This document shows positions 39,977 to 47,683 of a stretch of DNA of 64,000 bases, one piece after another. The stretch lies in NCBI GenBank assembly GCA_963826655.1, contig CAWGZP010000186.1, forward strand, positions 1,078-65,077, read 5' to 3'. Source of the DNA: an uncultured delta proteobacterium (GTDB lineage: Bacteria > Desulfobacterota > Syntrophobacteria > Syntrophobacterales > Syntrophobacteraceae). A program made the position numbers and the translations under genes. The first letter of the stretch is position 1, and each line of letters opens with the position of its first letter. The notes under the pieces were generated by a model that ran no database searches, was not told the DNA's origin, and worked only from the letters and a program-made list of their open reading frames with translations.

Positions 39977-40063
39977 TCATGTCACGCGGAGACGCGGAGG
40001 CGCGGAAAAGGCAAGAGCTTAAGCTAAAGGGCTAAGGTCATGTCACGCAGAGTCTCGGAGGCG
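39977..40063. repeat. Two 26-nt direct repeats 35 nt apart, member of the periodic repeat family
   Basis: tcatgtcacgcggagacgcggaggcg (39977-40002) and tcatgtcacgcagagtctcggaggcg (40038-40063). Confidence 0.8.
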
Positions 40064-40267
40064 AAAACCTTTTACACTTGGAGCTTGGCGACGGTCTTTT
40101 CCGACCCTTGACAGTGAATTGGTCCAATGGTAGCAAACGATTATGGTCCGATTTCGCCCGGATCCGGACCGGACCGGGACGGAACGGGGGGGGCAGGGGG
40201 TTGAAAGCCATCTCCTGTTAGCCCAACTTCCACAGTTTTAACCTCTACTTTTCAGGAGTGAGCGAAC

Positions 40268-41119
40268 ATGCGCATCATCGAACACGTCGCCGAGATGCAG
40301 CGACAGGCTGACACGTGGCGCGCTGAGGGACAGCGCATAACTTTGGTCCCCACAATGGGTTTTCTCCATGAGGGGCACCTTCGCCTCTTGCGGGCCGCTG
40401 GAGCACATGGGACGAAAAGTGTAATAAGCATTTTTGTGAACCCGACCCAATTTGCTCCCAACGAGGACTTCGACAGCTATCCACGAGACCTTCACCGAGA
40501 CATCGGTCTTGCAACAGCCGAGGGAACGGACCTGGCGTTTGTACCGATGATCGACGAAATGTATCCGGAGGGGTTTCAGACATACGTGAACGTGACCGAG
40601 GTGACCCGCAGCCTGTGCGGCCGAAGCAGGCCTGTTTTCTTCAGGGGGGTGGCTACAGTGGTGAGCAAACTTTTCCACGCGGTAAAGCCTCACGCCGCAG
40701 TGTTTGGAGAAAAGGACTATCAGCAGCTTGTAACTATCAGGCGTATGGTCAAAGACCTGAATCTGGATATCACAATCATCGGCCACCCGATAGTACGGGA
40801 AGAAGACGGACTGGCTATGAGCAGCCGGAATGCCTACCTGGGCGTTGATGAGAGGCCGGCCGCGCTGCTGCTGAACCGCTCTTTGCGTCAGGCGCAAAAG
40901 TTGGTCGATGCGGGCGAAAGAAACGCCGAGGTGATTTTGAAGGCCGTTAACGATTACATTACAATCGGCGGCGGCGCCATGATCGATTATGCCACGCTTT
41001 GCAACCCGGAGACTATCGAGGACGTGGAGCGCATCGATGGGCCGACGCTTCTTGCCCTTGCCGTATGGGTGGGGAAAACGCGGTTGATAGATAATTGCGT
41101 CCTGAAGGTCCCGGCGTGA
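40268..41119 (+). CDS. panC: Pantoate--beta-alanine ligase
   Basis: 'LVPTMGFLHEGHLRLL', 'SIFVNPTQF' and 'FGEKDYQQL'. Confidence 0.9.
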   Translation: MRIIEHVAEMQRQADTWRAEGQRITLVPTMGFLHEGHLRLLRAAGAHGTKSVISIFVNPTQFAPNEDFDSYPRDLHRDIGLATAEGTDLAFVPMIDEMYPEGFQTYVNVTEVTRSLCGRSRPVFFRGVATVVSKLFHAVKPHAAVFGEKDYQQLVTIRRMVKDLNLDITIIGHPIVREEDGLAMSSRNAYLGVDERPAALLLNRSLRQAQKLVDAGERNAEVILKAVNDYITIGGGAMIDYATLCNPETIEDVERIDGPTLLALAVWVGKTRLIDNCVLKVPA

Positions 41120-41212
41120 ACCCGGGGGCGCCGGCTTCGCAGAGGTAGCTTCATAGGCAATTTCTATTCTCAATGTGTGTGTCCACTCTTCACTTAACCA
41201 AAAAATATCTAT

Positions 41213-41240
41213 CCGCAGATTACGCAGATAGGCGCAGAGG
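41213..41240. repeat. Periodic 9-10-nt repeat (cgcagatta cgcagatagg cgcagagg)
   Basis: Read directly at 41213-41240. A sister array cgcgaagg cgcgaaag cgcgaaga lies at 41414-41442. Confidence 0.7.
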
Positions 41241-41581
41241 CAACAACGGCTTACAAAAAAATGCCGGGAAAAGTTCAAAAAACTCGACGTTAGCTCCTTT
41301 GCGGCCGGGCTTCAGGCTTGCCCTTGGTGTTGCCGGATTTTCCTTTTTGGAACCGGCCGACCTGTAAATACAGGCTGGATTCAGGTGACTTTAAAAACCA
41401 GCCTTACCCGTTGCACGCGAAGGCGCGAAAGCGCGAAGAAAGAAAAAGCAGGCGGATGACAGGTAAATCGCCTTGCAAAGTTTGCTTTCCATCGATTCTC
41501 TTTTCCCTTTGCTGCATGAAGCAACTCCCAGGCTCCAGCACAATCAGATGCAGTAAGAAAATCCCTCAATCCCTCAATCTA

Positions 41582-42300
41582 TTAATTTATTGATACACGA
41601 AAGGATTTGGCTCTGCCAAGCGGCAATAGAAACGGCAACCGGAAGCGGCAACAGAAACGGCAATAGAAGTGGCAAAAAGCAGCGGGAGGAGAAGCAGGAA
41701 GCAGGTGCGGCGACGTGAAACTGTAAAAGCCAGGGGGATACTCGTAACGCTTGTTTGGCCTGACAAAGGTGCTTCTCAGGCCGCGAAAACCGGCTTCTTC
41801 GGGGTATTTTATGATGATAACCCAGCGAGGCCGCTTATAGAGATCGTCGTGGGATAGGACGCGCAAGAGGAGGAGGCAGGCGGACCTGTCCGCAACACCG
41901 GAAGCCAACAGCTTATCCGGGTCAAAGGCCATGATGCCTTGCGTACCGCCGATATCGACCGGCTGTATTTCGCGCTGTTTGCTCGCTGACAAAGAAAGCG
42001 CCTGTCTCCGGCTTCATCTTCGCGCGGATCGCGAGCCATGCCTTGACGATCTGGTCTTAACGGATGGGTGGCGGACAAGCCTTTTTTGAGCCGCACCACG
42101 TGCAGGACGCGGCTTTCGGTATCCACTTGCGAAAGCTCAAGCCCGCAGTCCTCCGACACGCGCAAGCCGTGGCGAAACATCAAAAGCAAAAGGCAACGGT
42201 CGCGGGCTCCTTTACGGCGGCCCTTGGTTGCGGCCATCAGCGTGTCCACCTCGGCGGCTGTAAGGTGTTTGCGGTCGTTCACGTCCGTTTGCTTTTTCAA
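41582..42300 (-). pseudogene. FimB/FimE-type tyrosine recombinase (integrase) remnant, frameshifted and catalytically decayed
   Basis: The N-terminal half 'KHLTAAEVDTLMAATKG..GARDRCLLLLMFRHGLRVSE...VVRLKKGLSATHPL' is FimB-like. The frame then changes ('QIVKAWLAIRAKMKPETGAFFVSEQ'). The region expected to read HPHMLRH reads 'DPDKLLA'. The tail runs into 12-13-nt tandem repeats at 41621-41675. Confidence 0.6.
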
Positions 42301-42632
42301 ACGTGTAATTCGTCTTGCAAAGGAGCGCGACGAGGCCGGAAGCTAACGTTAACTTCAACCTCCTCGTCAAGCTTGCCAAGTATCGTAATCATGCGATCAA
42401 GCGTAAAGCGTTCAAACCGCGCATTGCGGATGCGCGAAAACTCCGAATGCGCCACGCCCGTTAGCTTTTCGGCCTCGCGGGTTGACAGGCCCCGCTCGTC
42501 AAGCGTGCTTATTATCTTGGCCGCAAGAATGGCGCGAGCCTGTTCAACACCGGCGTTAGGACGGCCAAAGTCGTGGAACACATTGCCGCTGCCGCGAATG
42601 AGTTCAAAGTCGTCGTTGTCGTCTTTTTTCAT
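42297..42632 (-). CDS. XRE-family HTH antitoxin (HigA-like)
   Basis: 'GSGNVFHDFGRPNAGVEQARAILAAKIISTLDERGLSTREAEKLTGVAHSEFSRIRNARFERFTLDRMITIL'. It overlaps the toxin stop by 4 nt. Confidence 0.75.
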   Translation of the reverse strand: MKKDDNDDFELIRGSGNVFHDFGRPNAGVEQARAILAAKIISTLDERGLSTREAEKLTGVAHSEFSRIRNARFERFTLDRMITILGKLDEEVEVNVSFRPRRAPLQDELHV

Positions 42633-42973
42633 TGTAAAGCCTCCTTTAACCGTTTGAGGCGATCACGGATTAGATCGACCTCTTCTTGGGGCGTCTTGAT
42701 TGCGGTCTTGGATTTCTTCTGAAAGGCGTGAATGACCCAAATATCAGCGCCAATCTTAATCGCGTAGATGACGCGGAAAGCATCGCCGCGATGCCGGAGC
42801 GCGATTTCAAAGACGCCGCCATCAACGCCTTTGAACGGTTTGGCCTTGTCCGATTTGCTGCCCTCGGCGGCAATCGTAAGCGCACTCAGCATATCGCCTT
42901 GCACGGCCTCGGGGAATGTCTCGAAATCCCTTCGCGCCGCTTTGATCCATGAAATAGGCCGTGTATTTCTCAT
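42629..42973 (-). CDS. Gp49/DUF891-type RelE/HigB-family toxin
   Basis: 'ISWIKAARRDFETFPEAVQ ... GVFEIALRHRGDAFRVIYAIKIGADIWVIHAFQKKSKTAIKTPQEEVDLIRDRLKRL'. The toxin-first gene order is typical of higBA. Confidence 0.75.
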   Translation of the reverse strand: MRNTRPISWIKAARRDFETFPEAVQGDMLSALTIAAEGSKSDKAKPFKGVDGGVFEIALRHRGDAFRVIYAIKIGADIWVIHAFQKKSKTAIKTPQEEVDLIRDRLKRLKEALQ

Positions 42974-43526
42974 GCGCTGAAGGTTGACATATTGGTCAAC
43001 GTCTGGCAAGCTATTTTTTTTGTTTTTGGTCTTCGCGGCATTTTGTCCAATGTTCGGAGTATCGGACAGGACGCAAACCCGCATGAATGTTATATCAGGA
43101 TTTTGGCACTAGACAAATTGTCTCGTGTCTATCATTACCTTGGTGGAGGGCTTTCCCTGTTCCTTTACTCCGTAAGGCATGGTGGGCTGCTTACGAACAT
43201 GTCCATCTGCATTATAGTCGTCTTATCGAATCTCTATTGTGGAAGATACCTGTTGTACAGAAAAGCATCAGTAAACAAGGTGGACTGGGGCCTTCTGGGA
43301 TTCGTTGGCAATTTCAACGCCATCATCGTTCATTCGCTATGGCAGTCCGCTGCCCAAAGATGGAAAGAGGGTAAGCGTTTTTTTGGTTAACTTAAGGATG
43401 TTATCATCTTGAGCTGAATATAGTCGCAAGCGTGTTGTTCTGCCGAATGCTTAGTTCAAGACGCTCAATTGCCCAGTTAAGCTTAAGTCCTAATTAATGC
43501 CCTCAGATCAATATGACCTTGCAACA

Positions 43527-44168
43527 TCATCGCTTTATACGGATTAGATATCTAACGATACTCACAACTCCAAACACTACAGCTGGGAAAAGAATCGCAA
43601 CTGAAACCGGTGGAGAAGTCCCGTTCGGGGCCGCAATTCTTGGCACTCCAATGAAGAATAGAGCCGCGAGGAGTGTAACCGCAGCCCATTGCTTTACAAC
43701 GCTCATAAAAACATGATTGTTTGTTTCTTCTGGGAAAGGACCTACTTCAGGCCAATGTCCTAAAGCTGATCGCGCCAGTCGGTCTGCAATATGAGCAGAG
43801 ATACTAAGTTTTCCTAGAGCAGAATTCCCGAATCTGAGATTGACTGTCTGCCAGAAGTACCAATCCTTTCTATTAACTTTAATTTCCTCCCAAGGCACAA
43901 AGAAATCTCTACAAAATATTCCAAATATTTTAATTATACCTATCCGTAGACCAGAGGGGCAAACGCTTATATTCAGTACTCCTCGCATTCCAACCCCCAG
44001 ACCCATTAAACCAGACTGGTACTTCAGTTTTAACAGCTCCTCTTCCTCTCGATTTGGATACTTATGCATCAAAAAATACCAACCTGACAAAAGTCCCAAG
44101 AGAGTGGTGACCATCAGCCACATAAGAACAAAAAATATTGGGAAATACTGCTTGATCAAGTTATCCAT
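43527..44168 (-). CDS. Hypothetical membrane protein in AT-rich island
   Basis: The ORF has hydrophobic helices 'YFPIFFVLMWLMVTTLLGLLSGWYFL' and 'AAVTLLAALFFIGV ... VAILFPAVVFGVVSIV'. Local GC is far below the window average. Confidence 0.45.
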   Translation of the reverse strand: MDNLIKQYFPIFFVLMWLMVTTLLGLLSGWYFLMHKYPNREEEELLKLKYQSGLMGLGVGMRGVLNISVCPSGLRIGIIKIFGIFCRDFFVPWEEIKVNRKDWYFWQTVNLRFGNSALGKLSISAHIADRLARSALGHWPEVGPFPEETNNHVFMSVVKQWAAVTLLAALFFIGVPRIAAPNGTSPPVSVAILFPAVVFGVVSIVRYLIRIKR

Positions 44169-44169
44169 C

Positions 44170-44349
44170 TTAAATAATTGCCTGAAAGTGTTCAATCTTC
44201 ACGGTGCTGCTCCGCTGTGCGAAGCTGGGGTGGTTCGCATAACTGGACAGTACATCAAACTGTCCAATTGCACCCGTTGTTTTTGCTTGTTTTTTTGCTC
44301 TCTGGATAATGTCCCGCAAAAACATTTCAAGGACTGACTCCCCGGGCAT
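44170..44349 (-). CDS. Small hypothetical ORF (59 aa) translationally coupled to the membrane protein
   Basis: It reads MPGESVLEMFLRDIIQRAKKQAKTTGAIGQFDVLSSYANHPSFAQRSSTVKIEHFQAII. Its TAA (44172-44170) lies 1 nt before ATG 44168. It falls below the ORF-track length cutoff. Confidence 0.3.
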   Translation of the reverse strand: MPGESVLEMFLRDIIQRAKKQAKTTGAIGQFDVLSSYANHPSFAQRSSTVKIEHFQAII

Positions 44350-44485
44350 TGAAATATAGCCGTTCTTGATGCCGTTAAATGACTTGCGATGTCATTTCCG
44401 TTTTGAGTTGTAATAATAAATGTTGGCGGCAAAAACGTTGCCGCTGCCCTCGGTGGCGCGCAAGAGCTTGTCCACCTCGTTACCG

Positions 44486-44677
44486 TTAGATGTTTTCGAT
44501 CCGCGAGATAATCCGCCATCTACAAATGGGGTTGATCGCGTGACCGCTACACACGCTCAGCTCGAATCCCGTCTTCTCGCTGCCGTGCCTGGGCGTGTTG
44601 CACCTGGACCGCGCTTTTGAAAAGCGGAGAGTACGCTCAATGGTCCAGTTGTTTGCCGGCATCAATGCGAGGTTCAA
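44486..44677 (-). mobile_element. IS5/IS4-type DDE transposase C-terminal stub
   Basis: 'NNWTIERTLRFSKARSR...SEKT' resembles the conserved '(R)W.VERTF.WL..FRRL..RYEK' transposase C-terminus. No upstream DDE domain is present. Confidence 0.4.
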
Positions 44678-44788
44678 TTCCCCTTCTGGCCTACATCCAC
44701 TAAAGTCATGTTAATAACAATAATGTACCAAATGAACTTATATATGTCATAGTATAACAAATATATTATTAGTTAAACGATATTTATC

Positions 44789-44817
44789 TTGACTCCAGTG
44801 ACACGGTTATTTTATAC
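44789..44817 (+). promoter_or_regulatory. Candidate sigma70 promoter for the riboswitch-like leader
   Basis: TTGACT (44789-44794), a 17-18-nt spacer, then TTATAC/TATACG (44812-44818) in a very AT-rich context. The predicted start lies just before the P1 helix at 44830. Confidence 0.35.
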
Positions 44818-44829
44818 GTGATGACGTTC

Positions 44830-44935
44830 GAGTATTCTGAAAAAGCCAAACTCCGGGCAACCGTGGGACGGAAAGCGAAGGACCTCGTCTTTATGTCTTT
44901 ACTCATCTTCGAGGCAGCCACGCCGCCAGATACTC
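44830..44935 (+). ncRNA. Candidate c-di-GMP-I (GEMM-I)-like riboswitch aptamer
   Basis: The closing helix pairs GAGUAUUCUG (44830-44839) with CAGA-UACUC (44927-44935). Inside are AAAAAGCCAAAC, a hairpin capped by the GNRA loop GCAA (44851-44867), GGGACGGAAAGC (consensus GGACGCAAAGC), a second hairpin CCUCG...CGAGG (44883-44914), and CAGCC. Confidence 0.4.
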
Positions 44936-44968
44936 ATCCTTAAAAACTCATTTAAAAAAGGGGGATGT

Positions 44969-45904
44969 ATGAGAAAGAATTTGGCGGTGTTTTTTCTGGT
45001 TCTTGCTTTCGTGGCTGCGGGGGCAGTTGCGGCCTTCGCCGGCTACACTGTGACGGGAGATTTGTCATCTGCAGGAACCCAAGCTTTATCAGGCTCGACC
45101 AGTTATACAGGTACTCTCTCGAACCTCTTTGATACTGTTAGTGGTGAGGCGACGTACATAAACAATGGAACGCCGTATAACGACATGTACGCCAATCAGG
45201 ATTACATAGTCGCGACCTCGTCGAGCGGCGCGCAAGCGACCTTCTCGGTAGGCGAGATCACGGTCGGTAACGCGCTAAGCAGTATAAACATCACGGGCAA
45301 CAGCAGCACCGGGTACACCGTGACCGGCCCGGCGGGCCAGTCGCTTTCCAACGTGACAAACATCAACGTTGTCCACACCAGCATGCCGGCGGGCATTTCC
45401 GGCTACTCGAGTTCATTCGTAATCAATGGCAACTTCACTCCGACGGGTACCGTATCGTTCAATAGCAGCAACTTCCCGGGGACTTCCACCACGGTGACAG
45501 TCCCCGGCAGTTCCGGCAATAGTAATAATTACACAGGCGTTTCCCTCTCTGCTCTGCTCACACAGGCCGGGGTAAATATACATAACCTTAACCAGTACGT
45601 GATCGCCACTGGTATAGATGGGGGTGAAACGGTTCTGTCGATGGACGAGATCATTAACAATTCCGCCGGTTCCTCCACCGATATAGTTGCCACCTTATTG
45701 AATGGCAACCCACTTTCTCAGACCAGGGGATTCGCAAGGCTGGTCCTCCCCACGGATGGAAGCACATCCCGGTCGATTTTCACCCTCGCCAGCCTGACTG
45801 TGGAGAGTTCAGACGCCAGCCCAACCCCCATCCCCGCCACAATGTGGCTCTTTGGCTCCGGTCTGGCCAGCCTGATAGGTCTCAAGAGAAAATACTTAGG
45901 ATAG
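44969..45904 (+). CDS. Secreted protein with VPLPA/PEP-CTERM-class C-terminal sorting signal
   Basis: Signal peptide MRKNLAVFFLVLAFVAAGAVAAFA. The body is Ser/Thr/Asn/Gly-rich. The C-terminus 'PTPIPATMWLFGSGLASLIGLKRKYLG' has a Pro motif, a hydrophobic helix and a basic tail. An internal 'YTGVSLSALLTQAGV' is reminiscent of molybdopterin-oxidoreductase-like folds. Confidence 0.65.
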   Translation: MRKNLAVFFLVLAFVAAGAVAAFAGYTVTGDLSSAGTQALSGSTSYTGTLSNLFDTVSGEATYINNGTPYNDMYANQDYIVATSSSGAQATFSVGEITVGNALSSINITGNSSTGYTVTGPAGQSLSNVTNINVVHTSMPAGISGYSSSFVINGNFTPTGTVSFNSSNFPGTSTTVTVPGSSGNSNNYTGVSLSALLTQAGVNIHNLNQYVIATGIDGGETVLSMDEIINNSAGSSTDIVATLLNGNPLSQTRGFARLVLPTDGSTSRSIFTLASLTVESSDASPTPIPATMWLFGSGLASLIGLKRKYLG

Positions 45905-45926
45905 CACCTTTATCCTTCACATCTCC

Positions 45927-45960
45927 GGGCGAAGCCGGCAACAACGGCTTCGCCTTTTTT
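45927..45960 (+). terminator. Rho-independent terminator
   Basis: gggcgaagccg-gcaacaa-cggcttcgcc followed by tttttt. Confidence 0.75.
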
Positions 45961-46177
45961 ACATAAGCTGGACAGTGCAACACTGTCCGGCTTATCAACA
46001 ATGAGGTGGGAGGTTTTCGGCGGCTTGAGACAGACAGTGCTTTTCCGTCAATCCGGTTCCGTAATTGACAATATCTCCGAACTAACTATTCTTGGCTCCA
46101 TGTGATGAATGCGCGTGGGGAGTGCCCAAATCCGGCGCCTTGCGAAAGACGTGATCTCGTGACAATCAAATAAAGGA

Positions 46178-47566
46178 GTGGGAATGAAACGACTGCGCAG
46201 TCTTGCCCTGTCCCTATGTTTGCTTCTCGCCGTTTGCGGGCTGGCCGCCGCAGAGGACACCGGCTCCCGACTGCGCGCGGGTAAACAGGGAATCGTCATT
46301 TCCGTATCGGATATCCATTTCGACCCACTCCTGACCACGGACAGGGCGGTGGCGGACAAAATCAAAAATTCCGGTTACCGGCGCTGGCATGAGATTTATT
46401 CCTCCTCCGTCGACAGGCACATAAGCCCCGTCGGTGCGGAGACGAACTACAATCTTCTGGCATCCACACTGGCGGAAATGAAGTTGGCCTGCCCGGCGCC
46501 GGATTTTATCCTGTTTTCCGGTGACCTGCTGGCTCACAAATTCAGAAAATATCACACTGAAGTTTTTTCCGGCAACGAAAGGGCGTTCAGAGCTTTTGTG
46601 AAGGAAACCTTGAAATTCATCGGTACGGAAGTTCACCGTACTTTCCCCGGCGTGCACGTCGTGTTCACACTCGGGAATAACGATTCTTACGAGGACTACG
46701 GGATAGAGCCGAACGGAAGTTTTCTTCACAACACGATGAACCTTTACTTCGCCGATTATCTGAAGGCAGAGCCCGCAAAGCTGAATTCCTTCGCAAGCAC
46801 CTTCAAATCCGGCGGGAATTACGCCTTTACCCCCACGGTATCGAGTGGGAATCGCCTCCTGTCAATCAACGACATCTTCTTTTCAGAAAAGAATCACTAT
46901 AACGAATATGGATGGCAGCAGCTCAAATGGCTTGAAAAACAATTGAAAGCTGCAAAGAAAAACGAGCAGAACGTATGGATTATTTTACACATTCCTCCCG
47001 GTGTGGATACTTGGGATACGCTGAAAGAAGGGACTCCGGTGGCGTTCTGGGACACTCTTCATAAGAATAGTCAATCCATGACTTTTATCGACAAGTTTCA
47101 AGAGCTGATTCAGACGTATTCACCTGTCGTCAAAGGAATATTCGCGGGCCATACCCATATGGATGATTTCAGACTCATTTTCGACAAGAGTCATAACCCG
47201 CTGGCCTATGTCCACATAACGCCCGCAATAAGTCCCCAATTCGGCAACAATCCGGGATTCCAGGTGTTGACCTATGACGGCGGGTCCTTCTCCATCACGG
47301 ATTTCGATACTTACTACTACGACGGGGCAGCCTGGAAAGAAGAATACGATTTTGACAGCACTTACGGCAAAGCGCCCTATGATGCGGTGACTCTGAGCGC
47401 CATCTACAACCATCTTTCGGATGACGCCGCTCTTCGCCGGTATTTCGTGGACTACTATGACGTACACAATCAAAAAGCGGAATCTATTACAGACAGCGAC
47501 TGGAAGGCCTACTGGTGTGGAATTGGGAACCTGACAGACTACGATTTCAACGCGTGCTACCACTGA
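46178..47566 (+). CDS. Exported calcineurin-like metallophosphoesterase, acid-sphingomyelinase-like
   Basis: Signal peptide MGMKRLRSLALSLCLLLAVCGLAAA. Motifs 'VISVSDIHFD', 'FSGDLLAH', 'TLGNNDSYE', 'ILHIPPG' and 'AGHTHMDDF'. Confidence 0.7.
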   Translation: MGMKRLRSLALSLCLLLAVCGLAAAEDTGSRLRAGKQGIVISVSDIHFDPLLTTDRAVADKIKNSGYRRWHEIYSSSVDRHISPVGAETNYNLLASTLAEMKLACPAPDFILFSGDLLAHKFRKYHTEVFSGNERAFRAFVKETLKFIGTEVHRTFPGVHVVFTLGNNDSYEDYGIEPNGSFLHNTMNLYFADYLKAEPAKLNSFASTFKSGGNYAFTPTVSSGNRLLSINDIFFSEKNHYNEYGWQQLKWLEKQLKAAKKNEQNVWIILHIPPGVDTWDTLKEGTPVAFWDTLHKNSQSMTFIDKFQELIQTYSPVVKGIFAGHTHMDDFRLIFDKSHNPLAYVHITPAISPQFGNNPGFQVLTYDGGSFSITDFDTYYYDGAAWKEEYDFDSTYGKAPYDAVTLSAIYNHLSDDAALRRYFVDYYDVHNQKAESITDSDWKAYWCGIGNLTDYDFNACYH

Positions 47567-47604
47567 GCCTGAGGCCGGTTCGCGCTTGACGACACTGACA
47601 TACA

Positions 47605-47635
47605 AAGGTGGGCACGGTTTTAGCCTGCCCACCTT
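47605..47635. terminator. Bidirectional hairpin between convergent genes
   Basis: aaggtgggca (47605-47614) pairs with tgcccacctt (47626-47635) and is followed by ctttg. Confidence 0.55.
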
Positions 47636-47683
47636 CTTTGCACTTGACCGTTTGGGTTAGAGCTTTTGGTCCTCATTGAAAAG

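Noticed and set aside
39977-40063. Direct repeats with a spacer, considered as a mini CRISPR array
   Set aside because: There are only two imperfect copies (22/26 identical), no cas genes, and the sequence belongs to the dispersed periodic repeat family.
40238-41278. 346-aa minus-strand ORF covering panC
   Set aside because: panC motifs (PTMGFLHEGHLRLL, FGEKDYQQL) unambiguously identify the plus strand as coding.
41621-41675. 12-13-nt tandem repeat (cggcaatagaaa / cggcaaccggaag / cggcaacagaaa ...) as a coding repeat of ORF 41582..41992
   Set aside because: The ORF here is the out-of-frame tail of the decayed recombinase ('FCHFYCRFCCRFRLPFLLPLG'). The repeat is better viewed as non-coding satellite DNA related to the periodic repeat family.
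42992-43390. 132-aa plus-strand ORF in the AT-rich spacer
   Set aside because: It has no ribosome-binding site or motif. Long ORFs arise less readily in AT-rich DNA, so it is not impossible, but I cannot support it.
44655-44700. GGTTCAATTCC, a tRNA T-loop-like string that could mark a tRNA-derived att site at the island edge
   Set aside because: The flanking bases do not form a T-stem (cgagg versus cccct) or an acceptor stem. The segment lies inside the transposase-stub reading frame.
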